A stretch of DNA of 64,000 nt from Clostridia bacterium (GTDB taxonomy: Bacteria; Bacillota; Clostridia; UBA1212; DUPL01), in the NCBI GenBank assembly GCA_050951325.1, contig JBMNIW010000001.1, positions 1 through 64,000 on the forward strand. Reading direction: 5' to 3'. The notes below the pieces were generated by a model. The model did not search any database. It was given only the letters and a program-made list of their open reading frames with translations, and had not been told where the DNA came from. Position numbers and translations under genes: made by a program. Each line of letters opens with the position of its first letter. Positions within the stretch are counted from its first letter, which is position 1. Shown piece after piece: positions 51,124-61,118 of the stretch.

Positions 51124-52707
51124 ATGAAGACTTTGAATCATACGAATTTTCAATCAGATGGTGAGATAAAGACAAGACAAACTGCACTGTTCAATCGTCT
51201 TCATGACGATATATACATGCCTCATTATGTCTTTACCGCAGACCAGAACGGCTGGCCTGGAGACTGGGAAGGAAGAACCATACTTGCCCTTGTTTCCCTT
51301 GCCAAGGTTTTGAAAGAAGAGCCAAAATACTTGGACGGCATAATTGAAAATTTGAAAGACCATCTTAACGAAAAAGGTTATCTTGGTCATGTCCTTCCAA
51401 AAGGCACTGCAGATGAACAGCAGCTGTCTGGCCACAGCTGGCTGCTAAGAGGTCTGTGCGAATATTACAGATACAAAAAAGACGAAAGCGTTCTGGAGAC
51501 AATTAAAGGGATTGTGAAGAACCTTTTTCTTCCATTAAGAAAGAACTATGAAACCTATCCTATACTTCCTGAACAAAGAGTATATGAAGGACACGAATCA
51601 GGCAGCGTTGCAGGCATGGTGAACAATTGGTACATATCCACCGACACAGGGTGCGCTTTTATTCCTCTTGACGGTATCAGCGATGCTTATGAACTTATGC
51701 TGGATGTGGACAAAGACCTGGCAAGAGAATTAAGATACATGCTGGGTTTCATGATAGATAAATTCATGACCATCCCCTTTACGGAAATTTGCGTCCAAAC
51801 CCATGCCACCCTCACTGGATTAAGAGGCATGATGAGGATGTTCAAACACATGAGGAATCATGTTTATCTTTCCTTTGTAAAAGATACTTTTGATTTGTAT
51901 ATCAACGAAGGCATGACCGCAAATTTTGCAAACTACAATTGGTTTGGAAGACCTGAATGGACGGAGCCTTGTGCAATAATAGACTCGTTCATGCTTGCAT
52001 GCCAGCTGTATAAGGAAACTGCGGAACAAAGATATGCAGATTACGCAAATTACATACTCTACAATGGAATATATAGATCTCAAAGAGAAAACGGAGGATT
52101 CGGCACCGACAACTGCGCAGGACCCGAGGATGATTACGTTATCCCAACCAACTACGAGGCATACTGGTGCTGCACGATGCGAGGAGGAGAAGGCCTTTTT
52201 GCAGTCTCGCAGTACAGCCTTTTGGAAAGAGGAAAGGATATTGTCATGATCTACCCTGTCAGCGGCATTTACCAGGTTAAGGGCATAACAATGCACATAC
52301 GTACGGACTATCCCAAATCGGGAAACATCTCAATTACCATATTTGAGAACAATAGTGACAAGAACGTCACTATGGAATTCATGATGTTCCGAACGTATGT
52401 TGATGTAAAATTCCTGTACAATTTCAAACAGAGAAAAATTATCATAACCAAAGACAAGAACGAGTATCTGATTGACTTCAAACTCCCTATTTACTACAAA
52501 CTCGCAGAAGGCAAGCATAACAAGAAGGATAAGAAGCTCCTTATGCGCGGCCCTGCAATTCTGGGAAGTCTGAGTCCGGTGTCCGTTCCTAATGAATTGA
52601 GCAACATTGTAGTCGAGGAATTCATCCCACTCTACGACACTTCATTTACAAGACCTAGAAACAGAGTGGAAAAAGACAAAATATATATACTGTTTGACGG
52701 TCAATGA
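51124..52707 (+). CDS. GH127/GH146-like (beta-L-arabinofuranosidase-related) glycoside hydrolase
   Basis: GDW.GR, TEPC and WCC zinc/cysteine motifs, TDYP..G; no signal peptide. Confidence 0.68.
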   Translation: MKTLNHTNFQSDGEIKTRQTALFNRLHDDIYMPHYVFTADQNGWPGDWEGRTILALVSLAKVLKEEPKYLDGIIENLKDHLNEKGYLGHVLPKGTADEQQLSGHSWLLRGLCEYYRYKKDESVLETIKGIVKNLFLPLRKNYETYPILPEQRVYEGHESGSVAGMVNNWYISTDTGCAFIPLDGISDAYELMLDVDKDLARELRYMLGFMIDKFMTIPFTEICVQTHATLTGLRGMMRMFKHMRNHVYLSFVKDTFDLYINEGMTANFANYNWFGRPEWTEPCAIIDSFMLACQLYKETAEQRYADYANYILYNGIYRSQRENGGFGTDNCAGPEDDYVIPTNYEAYWCCTMRGGEGLFAVSQYSLLERGKDIVMIYPVSGIYQVKGITMHIRTDYPKSGNISITIFENNSDKNVTMEFMMFRTYVDVKFLYNFKQRKIIITKDKNEYLIDFKLPIYYKLAEGKHNKKDKKLLMRGPAILGSLSPVSVPNELSNIVVEEFIPLYDTSFTRPRNRVEKDKIYILFDGQ

Positions 52708-53237
52708 TTGTATAATTTGACGTAGAGTTGCAACAATTCAACGACACTGCCTTCCCCGGCATGATTTACAAGGAACTCTGCAAATCCAATTTTCTCACCA
52801 CTTTGTTCGTCACGCCCGGTCTTTTCATCAAAAGACTGGGTTGTTTTTATAAAATCCTTCAAAGCTTCCCTGGTCATTTCATTAGCATCAGCAATTCTAT
52901 TTCTTAGTGTCTCCATTTCCTTAAGTCGAATCTGAAATACCCCTATCATATCTACAAGTTCATAAAACTTTTCATAAAGCTTTCCCTGCTCCTTGCTAAC
53001 CTCTTCCAGATAATTTGCATATTCCTCATTTGCCTTAACCATAACATCAATAGTCTTTAAAGCAATTTTATCCCGGGAGAAACGTTTTTCCTCCTCGTAC
53101 ATGAACTTGACTTCCTCCAGCTTCTCCTTGAGATACAAATTGTCATCCTGAAGTGTGTCTATTCTTTTCTCGTAGTCATCGATTATCTTTCTTGTTTGCT
53201 TTCTACTGTAACCAAAAAGCTGCTTTTTCAACTTCAT
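52701..53237 (-). CDS. Coiled-coil protein with DivIVA-like N-terminus
   Basis: LKKQLFGY....(T)..II followed by a heptad coiled coil. Confidence 0.5.
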   Translation of the reverse strand: MKLKKQLFGYSRKQTRKIIDDYEKRIDTLQDDNLYLKEKLEEVKFMYEEEKRFSRDKIALKTIDVMVKANEEYANYLEEVSKEQGKLYEKFYELVDMIGVFQIRLKEMETLRNRIADANEMTREALKDFIKTTQSFDEKTGRDEQSGEKIGFAEFLVNHAGEGSVVELLQLYVKLYNH

Positions 53238-53283
53238 AAAAACTTCCCCTTTTAGACATGGAAAAAGGATTGTTATCAACAAT

Positions 53284-53634
53284 CTAGCTTTTCTCGTCGA
53301 TAAACAATCCTTCCTGGTTAGTGGCTTTTGGATAATAGGAGATTTGCTTTTTAGCATTGGCAGCGTTTCTTACGCTTTTTGCGTAAAGCTCGAGAATCAG
53401 TTTGATTTTCCTCTCATTCTCCTTATCCATCTCATAGATTTTTTTTAATTCCTCCTGAAGTGAGGTGTCAAACTTAACATTGTGAACAACAAACTCATCT
53501 ATAATAGCCTGCCTGTTTGCAACAAGCGTTTCAATACCATCAATGTCCGTCTCCTCTTCATCAAGGCTATCGGATATTTTTTTTGTAAGTGCGAACAACT
53601 CTTCAACCTTTTTCGTAATTGTATCAATATCCAT
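53284..53634 (-). CDS. fliT: Flagellar chaperone FliT-like protein
   Basis: Follows fliS; L...RQ.II, I.EMD, G.FID.K. C-terminus. Confidence 0.68.
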   Translation of the reverse strand: MDIDTITKKVEELFALTKKISDSLDEEETDIDGIETLVANRQAIIDEFVVHNVKFDTSLQEELKKIYEMDKENERKIKLILELYAKSVRNAANAKKQISYYPKATNQEGLFIDEKS

Positions 53635-53635
53635 A

Positions 53636-54037
53636 CTATGCTCCATCGCCGGTGTTGTCGTATGCAACTTTTCTCTCAATCTTTATAGCTTCTTCCCATG
53701 CATCCCTTATCTCGGTTATCCTGTTGATAGCCTCGTTGAGCTTCTCCGTGTCGTTTGATATGTTTGCAAGTATGAGCAATCTGTACACATACTCATATAT
53801 CTGGAACAGATTGTTCGATAACTCATAGCTCATATCAAGGGTAGACATAAGTTCCGTCAAGATTGCCTCCGCCTTCTGGATGGCATTGTTCTTAAGCTCA
53901 TGGTTGTTCTCTTCAATGTGCAAGAGCGCCAAATTCATCTGCTTGATGCATCCGTCATAAAGCATCAGGGTAAGATCCCCTGGCGATGCAGTCATAATCG
54001 CTTGCGTTTTATACTTCTGATAAGGATTTACCGCCAT
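53636..54037 (-). CDS. fliS: Flagellar export chaperone FliS
   Basis: TASP..L.LMLYDG, KA..I..EL..TLD, NL..IY.Y, RDAW. Confidence 0.95.
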   Translation of the reverse strand: MAVNPYQKYKTQAIMTASPGDLTLMLYDGCIKQMNLALLHIEENNHELKNNAIQKAEAILTELMSTLDMSYELSNNLFQIYEYVYRLLILANISNDTEKLNEAINRITEIRDAWEEAIKIERKVAYDNTGDGA

Positions 54038-54049
54038 TTTCACCTCTCC

Positions 54050-55570
54050 TTACTGTCCTTGATTAAACTGTGCGTAAAGCCAGGACTGCTGGGAATACAT
54101 ATTGGACAAAGCCGCTTCAAGGCGGGCAAACTGCCTGTAGTATCTCTCCTGGATTTCATACAATTTTATTTCAAGATCACTAATCTTATCCTCGTACTCC
54201 CTTATTCCTCTGTCCATCCTGTCAATCTGAAGGCTGTCATAGTATGTATTGAAAGTAGAGGTCATTCTTGCAAAGAATCCACTTTGCGCATACTTCTCAC
54301 TGGTAGACAGTTCTGCTCCTGAAGGAGAAGACTGCATGAAAAGATTCATGACATCATCGGGTCTTTCTTTAATGTACTTTGCAAGCTTGGTCTCATCCAC
54401 ATGAAGTTTTCCCTTCTCCAGGTAACTTCCAGTGGTTATGCCAATATCGCTTAGGGCAAGACCTATACCCTCCACCTTTTGATATATGGAAGAGCGCAAT
54501 GAGTTAACCAATTTGGAAAGAGCGGGATCGTTCTTAAGAAGACCACTTTTTGCCTTGGCCTCCCACTCCTCAATATCCTTTGCTTCCATCTCCTTCTTTT
54601 GAGCCTCGGTCAATGGAGCAAAGTCATAATTCTTTTTCTCACTTAGAAGACCATTAAGCTCTTCTACAAGCTCATTGTATTTCTGTACAAATTCCTTTAT
54701 CTTGTCAACAGTATGCTGCACATCCCTGCTTACAACAAAATCCACAGGGGCGTTTGTTTTGCCTGTAAGGTTGTATGTTATTCCATCAATTGTGAAACTG
54801 TTGGAACTCTTTTTAACATCCACACCGTTGATGGTAACGAATGCGTCTTCTCCGTTAACAACAGCATCACCCAGACCAAACAGACTGCCTTCAACATTCT
54901 TGAAATCAATTACAGCATCCTCGCCTGTGTTCTTGGTCTCAATATGCAGGCTCATTGTAAGTTCGCTGAAATGCATGTTTACCCCTGCATCGCTTCTGTT
55001 AACTGTATCCAGCATATGTTTTATTGTATCCGTTGATTCAAAGGTAAATGTCTCATCATTTATTGTAAATGACAGTGTTTTCCTAACCTCTTCTCCGTTT
55101 TCAGGATCCATTGGCTCTTCATGAAATTCCAAACCTTCTACAGATTCCAAGGTGGCATACATACCAGGAATACTGTCAACAGAAAGATTTGCAGACAGCT
55201 TTGCAGTCTCTGCAAGTCTTGTGATTTTATCTATCCTGTATGTACCTTCCCTTGCTGAACTGTTAGCGGTTATCTTTACATAAGGGTTTGCAGCCATCTC
55301 GACATTGAACTTCTTGTATACGGAGGAAGTGTTCATGTTCAAGCTACTGAGAGCACTAGAATAAGTGTCTCTGAACGTTCTCAGCTTGTTCCTGACATTT
55401 GTTACAGCTTCCCTTCTCCACTCTGCAAGAACTTTCTGTCTATATACCTTGTCAACCTTAAGTTGTTCTATTCTCATCAAATCATTAACGATGGAATCAG
55501 TATCAAGTCCTGATGCCATTCCGGTCAATCTGAGGCGTGATGACAACCCATTTATTGAGTTTAACGACAT
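54050..55570 (-). CDS. fliD: Flagellar filament cap protein FliD
   Basis: GMASGLDT..IV..LM, SN.F.IDG, FV..YN, W...AK.GLL.ND, RY..QF..LE. Confidence 0.95.
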   Translation of the reverse strand: MSLNSINGLSSRLRLTGMASGLDTDSIVNDLMRIEQLKVDKVYRQKVLAEWRREAVTNVRNKLRTFRDTYSSALSSLNMNTSSVYKKFNVEMAANPYVKITANSSAREGTYRIDKITRLAETAKLSANLSVDSIPGMYATLESVEGLEFHEEPMDPENGEEVRKTLSFTINDETFTFESTDTIKHMLDTVNRSDAGVNMHFSELTMSLHIETKNTGEDAVIDFKNVEGSLFGLGDAVVNGEDAFVTINGVDVKKSSNSFTIDGITYNLTGKTNAPVDFVVSRDVQHTVDKIKEFVQKYNELVEELNGLLSEKKNYDFAPLTEAQKKEMEAKDIEEWEAKAKSGLLKNDPALSKLVNSLRSSIYQKVEGIGLALSDIGITTGSYLEKGKLHVDETKLAKYIKERPDDVMNLFMQSSPSGAELSTSEKYAQSGFFARMTSTFNTYYDSLQIDRMDRGIREYEDKISDLEIKLYEIQERYYRQFARLEAALSNMYSQQSWLYAQFNQGQ

Positions 55571-55601
55571 AACATTACCTCCTTTGTTTTCTACACTTAT
55601 A

Positions 55602-55628
55602 TTATCGATATTAAGGGAGAAAACTTTA
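55602..55628 (-). promoter_or_regulatory. Sigma-28 (FliA/SigD) promoter of fliD
   Basis: Minus strand reads TAAA-N15-ATCGATAA, close to consensus TAAA-N15-GCCGATAA. Confidence 0.7.
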
Positions 55629-55667
55629 GCAATTCAGACCACATATTAATTTATCCGTACCCAGAAG

Positions 55668-55696
55668 TTGTATTTGTGCTGTTAATGGTATAGAAT
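55668..55696 (+). promoter_or_regulatory. Candidate sigma-A promoter
   Basis: TTGTAT-N17-TAGAAT, about 40 nt before the start codon. Confidence 0.4.
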
Positions 55697-55735
55697 AGAC
55701 ATAAATTTACTGATGGTAGAGGGGTGTAATGCATC

Positions 55736-58321
55736 TTGAAACGAAGAATATTGGTAATCTTACTTGCAGGCCTTGTATTCACAACGAACATGTCTGTAAT
55801 AGGCGAGAGAAAGATAGAAGAGCTGGGAGACGGCTATTACAGATACGTGAATGACTTTAATGCTTCAAAGCAGTTCATAATCAACGATACACTGCTTGCT
55901 TTTAACAATGAAAACAATTTCCAATTTAAAGATGGTGTCATAAGTATTGAGGGGGATACTTGGGCATTGTTCACCACATCCCAGCTGCTCGGCGAAAAGC
56001 CATATACAGTAACCATGGATGTCATGTCCAAGGAGGTCAACCCTGCGGCAACCTGCGGAGCTGCTTTTAATGTCAGAGCTAAAAAGGCATCCACTTTCAT
56101 GGATCAGGGCATTACGTTCATGGTAAGAAACAAATCCTTGAGGGTGTTCATGAAAACCCGTGAACTTGCCCATATTCAGCTGCCCTTTTCCTTTGCAGAC
56201 GAAATGAGAAAAGTATATATCGAGGATAATCTCGATGTAATTAGATTCCATGCAGATGACGATAACGGCAAGGTATTGCTTGCTGAAGTTGAGCTGACAG
56301 AAGAAAGAGTAACAGTTAAAGACAACAAAGGCAAGCAAAAAGGCAACGCAAAAAGGGAAAATGTACCCGATACAGGCTTCTTTGGTTTTATGTCCCACTT
56401 TGCCAAAACCACTGTTGACAACTTCTCCTTTGAGTATTATATAGAGCAGTATGAGCCTGCTGACATGTCAAACTTCTGGGACACGTATTATGACACATGG
56501 GTTGCTACGGATGATTTGGAAAGAACTCTTCCAGTAACATATACAAATACGGTTAAAAAGAATAAAAAGGTAGGAATCTTCTACTTTCTGTGGCATGACA
56601 GAAACGGCGGACCCTTGTTTGACCACTATGCCGCATATCTGGAAGGCGGAATTGACAAGGTTTGGGATATTATCAAACAAGGCGACGAAGGTTATGGCCA
56701 TTATTGGGCAGAACCCTATTTTGGCTACTACCGTTCCGATGACGAGTGGGTTATTAGAAAGCACACAACCATGCTTGTAAATGCAGGCATCGACTTTATA
56801 TATTTCGACATGTCAAACGGACACATATATGAGCATGTGCTTACCAAAATTCTTGGTACATGGAAGCAAATGAGAGAAGAAGGCTTGAAAACACCTGAGT
56901 TCGTCTGCTTCCTGGGAGACAGAACCGATCTAGGGTATAAAACAGCAATGGATGTATGGAATACGGTATACCAGCATGGTATTTACAGGGACATGTATTT
57001 TATGTGGGATGGAAAACCTTTGCTACTTGGAAATCTTGCAGAGGTGCCCGATGAGATTAAGGAGAACTTTACCATTAGGAGATCCTGGGCGTTTACCGAT
57101 TGGGACTGGTATACCGAATCTGACGGAAAAGGCAAATGGCCATGGATTGCACTTCATCCGCAAGGTCCGGGCAAAAGCTTTGAAGGAATTATTGAACAGG
57201 TGATAGTTTCCTGCGGATTCCATTCCAACTCCTCCTCAGGAAGAAGCTTTCACAATGGTCAGCAGCCAACGGACGGTAAAAACGCCTTTGAATTCGAGCT
57301 GGAAACCACTCCTTTAGGACTTGCCTTCAAGGAGCAGTGGGAGCACGCTCTTAAGATAAATCCTCCTATTGTAATGGTAACAGGTTGGAACGAATGGTGG
57401 GCAGGCAGGTGGCCAAACGCAGGAGAAGGACAGAAAATAGCAAATACTTATACCATAACCAAGGACCACCCTGATTACATGCACAATTATGTGGATTGTT
57501 TCAATCCTGAATTCAGCCGTGACATAGAGCCCATGAAATACGGTTTTGGAGACAACTACTACTATCAAATGGTAAGCTACATAAGGCAGTTCAAAGGAGC
57601 AAGACCACTACCCACCGCAACAAAACCAAAAACAATAACCATTAACAATGATTTTTCCCAGTGGGATGATGTGGGTCCGGAGTTCAGAGATACAATCAAT
57701 GACACTAAGCACAGGGATTTCCCCGGAAATGCCAGCGGACTTCATTACACCAATACCACCGGAAGAAACGACATAGTATCCGCAAAGGTTGCAAGGGACC
57801 AGGATTACATCTACTTCCTTGTAACAACAAAGGAAGATATTACAGCGCCAGAAGGTGAAAACTGGATGAACCTCTATATTGACGCAGATCAGAATTTCAA
57901 CACAGGCTGGAAGGGTTACGACTATGTTATCAACAGATCCAGGACGGAAAACACGGTTTCTGTGGAAAAGTCTGTGGATAACTCTTACGTTTGGGAAATA
58001 ATTCACGATGCAGAGTACATTATTTCGGGAAATAATTTGCATCTGAGGATTCCCCTCTCGGTTTTGAACCTTACAACTGACTCATCCTTTGACTTTAAAT
58101 GGGCTGACAACTCCACCACCACAGGTGAAATCATGGAGTTTATGGACAAAGGAGATGCAGCTCCTGATGACAGGTTCAACTTCAGATTCGTTGCATCAGC
58201 TCCCGTTGATAACATAAGTGAAACAGCGATAATAATTATAGCAGCGGCTTCCGTAGCAGCAGTTATAATCGTAATTGCAGTACTGCTTGCACGTAGAAAC
58301 AGAATTGAAAAAGTAAAATAA
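55736..58321 (+). CDS. Large secreted protein: N-terminal beta-sandwich, GH99/GH71-like domain, beta domain, TM anchor (paralog of 45961..47943)
   Basis: WV..D.L.R.LP, VGIFY..WH, W.EP..GYY, AGIDF, GKPL, TGWNEW, SRDIEP, RNDIV, FKW.DN, GD.AP..R shared with the paralog. Confidence 0.7.
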   Translation: MKRRILVILLAGLVFTTNMSVIGERKIEELGDGYYRYVNDFNASKQFIINDTLLAFNNENNFQFKDGVISIEGDTWALFTTSQLLGEKPYTVTMDVMSKEVNPAATCGAAFNVRAKKASTFMDQGITFMVRNKSLRVFMKTRELAHIQLPFSFADEMRKVYIEDNLDVIRFHADDDNGKVLLAEVELTEERVTVKDNKGKQKGNAKRENVPDTGFFGFMSHFAKTTVDNFSFEYYIEQYEPADMSNFWDTYYDTWVATDDLERTLPVTYTNTVKKNKKVGIFYFLWHDRNGGPLFDHYAAYLEGGIDKVWDIIKQGDEGYGHYWAEPYFGYYRSDDEWVIRKHTTMLVNAGIDFIYFDMSNGHIYEHVLTKILGTWKQMREEGLKTPEFVCFLGDRTDLGYKTAMDVWNTVYQHGIYRDMYFMWDGKPLLLGNLAEVPDEIKENFTIRRSWAFTDWDWYTESDGKGKWPWIALHPQGPGKSFEGIIEQVIVSCGFHSNSSSGRSFHNGQQPTDGKNAFEFELETTPLGLAFKEQWEHALKINPPIVMVTGWNEWWAGRWPNAGEGQKIANTYTITKDHPDYMHNYVDCFNPEFSRDIEPMKYGFGDNYYYQMVSYIRQFKGARPLPTATKPKTITINNDFSQWDDVGPEFRDTINDTKHRDFPGNASGLHYTNTTGRNDIVSAKVARDQDYIYFLVTTKEDITAPEGENWMNLYIDADQNFNTGWKGYDYVINRSRTENTVSVEKSVDNSYVWEIIHDAEYIISGNNLHLRIPLSVLNLTTDSSFDFKWADNSTTTGEIMEFMDKGDAAPDDRFNFRFVASAPVDNISETAIIIIAAASVAAVIIVIAVLLARRNRIEKVK

Positions 58322-58323
58322 CC

Positions 58324-58363
58324 AAAAAGAAGGCTCCAGCATTTTTGCCGGAGCCTTCTTTTT
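58324..58363. terminator. Bidirectional intrinsic terminator
   Basis: AAAAAGAAGGCTCC...GGAGCCTTCTTTTT. Confidence 0.8.
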
Positions 58364-58439
58364 ATGTCATCAAACCTCTACTCTTTCCCCACATATTATT
58401 AAAGGAAATATTCATAAAACCTATTAACACAACATATAC

Positions 58440-58648
58440 TTAATGGCGGTTTGCTGTTTCGTAACACCATCTTGCAATGTCTGCTATCAAATCAAGCGCT
58501 TCTTCCATAAGCTAGGCATGCTCCATGATATTCTATCCTCCGCATCTGGAACAACTTCTTTAATTGCCTCCCTAACTTTAAAAAGTAAAGGCTGCACGTT
58601 CTCTTCCTGCATTAAAATATATTCATCTATTGTTGATACTCTCCGCAT
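58440..58648 (-). pseudogene. DUF1801 (YdhG-like) remnant with internal deletion
   Basis: MRRVSTIDEYI..QPLL..VREAIK..VPDAEDRISWSMP joined out of frame to LDLIADIARWCYETANRH*. Confidence 0.65.
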
Positions 58649-58660
58649 GCCACTACCCCC

Positions 58661-59206
58661 TCAAACACGAAGATAACCTCTAAAACCTCTTGATGCATAA
58701 TAGGATTCCGCACCATTGTGGTAGACAAAAACAGTATCATATCTTTTATCGCAGAACAATGCTCCTCCCAGCTTCCTTATACGCTCAGGAGTCTTTACCC
58801 AGCTTGATGTCTTTGTATCAAAATCACCCAAACTCTGCAACTTGTGGTACTCTTCCACCGTTAAAATCTCTATGCCCATTTCTTTTGCCATGCCAAGAGC
58901 ACTGCCTGTTGGCTTGTTTGCTTTCCTGGATTCCCATGCTTCATTATCGTAACACAGGCTTCTCCTTCCCGCAGGACTTTCAGGAGAACAATCAAAGAAA
59001 ACATACTCATCCTTCTCCCTGTCGTACGCCACCATGTCAGGCTCTCCTCCACTTATCTCCATTTTCTGAAGAACCTTGAGCTTTTCATCGTTTGACTCAA
59101 GTTTCCCAAGTACATCCTTCCATTCAATACCTTCATGCCTGTTTCTATTCTTCTCAAAACGTTCCCTTAATGTATCCAAAAGCTTGTTTCTTTCTTCTTG
59201 TTTCAT
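58661..59206 (-). CDS. DUF4256 domain protein
   Basis: RFEKN..RH, ME..GGEPD, ESP.GRRSLCYD, FD.KTSSW, YHNGA.SYY..RGFRG. Confidence 0.82.
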   Translation of the reverse strand: MKQEERNKLLDTLRERFEKNRNRHEGIEWKDVLGKLESNDEKLKVLQKMEISGGEPDMVAYDREKDEYVFFDCSPESPAGRRSLCYDNEAWESRKANKPTGSALGMAKEMGIEILTVEEYHKLQSLGDFDTKTSSWVKTPERIRKLGGALFCDKRYDTVFVYHNGAESYYASRGFRGYLRV

Positions 59207-59223
59207 ATATTATCCCTCACGTT

Positions 59224-61118
59224 TCAGCTTCTCTTTCTTACGATAATAAAAACAATTAAAACCAACGCCCCTGCACCTATAACTATTAAATATGCTGCAC
59301 CAAACTCATTATCCTCAATGCCTGTATCAGGGGTATTTGTCACATTCGGTGTGGGACTTGGACTATTTGTCTCTTCTGCATGAGTTTCCTCAGCACCCAT
59401 TGTTGGCTTGGGTGTGCTGGTGGCACTGCTTTCTGTAAGAACTGGAGTATCCGTAGGACGGGTTGTTTCCTCCCCTGCGGTAGGTTTAACAGGCTCCAGT
59501 TTTGGTATTATCTCCGTTAGTTCATCCTTGCATACCGAGCATACCTTCTTTTTAAGACCTTCTTCATGCTCAGTAGGGTTCTTAACTATAATCCAGTCTT
59601 CATATGTGTGGTCCTTCTTTGGTATAATCTCGGTACTTAATATAGAACCACATATACTGCAAATAGTCTCCTTCTTTCCATTACTTGTACATGTTGCCTC
59701 CGTTATTTCCACATGGGTTGATTCATGCCTGCAATCCTGCTTTACAAACACGGCATTCACAACAAGGTCCTTGTTTGGCATTTTGCCAGGCAGGTTAGGT
59801 TCCCATCCAACAAAATCATATCCTGGTTTTTCTGGAGCTGCTGGCAAAATGATACTGTCACCTTCCTTGTATACTTGTGTTGTATACACACTGCCATCAA
59901 CCTTGTATGTCACAGTATATGTAAACTGTATGGTATCAAGGTTGACACTGCCATTTGTGACATATGTATCATCATTAGGTGATATGTATTGGTAGTATGT
60001 AAGAATGTTGTTCTTTATGGTGAAGTAATAGATGTAGCCGTTTGATGTGTTTGGCGTGGCTATTTCCATGCTTTTTCCTGTAACCGTATCATACGCAAAC
60101 ACCTTTGTCGGAGTGTTGTAGAACAAATATCCATTATACTCACCAAGACCTGTAAAACAACCTTTCCAATAAGAGCCACCTCCTACAACCGGCCACATGT
60201 CCTGTATCGTGAACAGCTGAGTACTTTTATTGGTGCCAAAATCATACTTGTACAATGTGGAATTTGAGCTGTTTATGTAATACCAGCTTCCTCTTACGTA
60301 AGCAAAAGGAGCATCCACATCTCCCCAGAAGTAGTTGTCATACCTGGTCGAATTTGCTGGATAATTACTGTTCCAGGAGTAGTGATCCGTATCTTTTATA
60401 CCATCATCACTTCTAAGGAAATTATCATGTTTTACCCTTCCTGGTTTGTCCATAATTGGATCGTCCCATGTTACATCTACATGATACCACTTTCCATCAA
60501 TCTTTATTAAATTCCAAATATGGTTCATCAAGTCACTTTCAGCATAAACACTTCAATGCCAAGCTTTTTCAATACTGCCATGTATGCAAGCGTGTATGAC
60601 TGGCATACACCTTTTCCCTCCTTGAAATAGCTGTATGCATCATTTATTTCCAAATCCATATCATATTCATAATTGGCAGCAAGATAGTCATGCACATACA
60701 AAGCCTTTTCAATATCACTCAATCCAGATGGCACACTCTTTACAATGTCATCAACGAACTGATTGTATTCCTTCCTTGCATTAGCCAAAGCATTTCCCGT
60801 CATCTTGTATGAAGGAATCACTTTGATTATTGTGTTGTTAACCATCTGTATTTGATACTGGTATTCAACATAAAAAAGTTCAGGACTCTCATAAAGAATC
60901 GAAAAGTATGTATCTCTAACATCAGACGCCATCGATGTAGACAAATTCAAAGGCTTTAAATCTATTTCTCCAGACACTGATGAAAGCCCGGAGTATATAA
61001 CGTTGTACAAATCATTGCTCTGGCTGTGAACTGGGACATATGCAAGGCTTGATACACAAATGAGAACCAGTGTCAATACGACCAAAACCGTCCTTCTAAA
61101 GTTTATTCGTTTAGTCAT
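59224..61118 (-). pseudogene. Secreted transglutaminase-like surface protein split by a frameshift
   Basis: GVCQSY (Cys) in 60528..61118; NHIWN..VDVTWD (His/Asp), InlB-type B repeat, Cys-rich repeats, TPDTG and TM in 59224..60531; shift near 60545; could be sequencing error. Confidence 0.75.
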
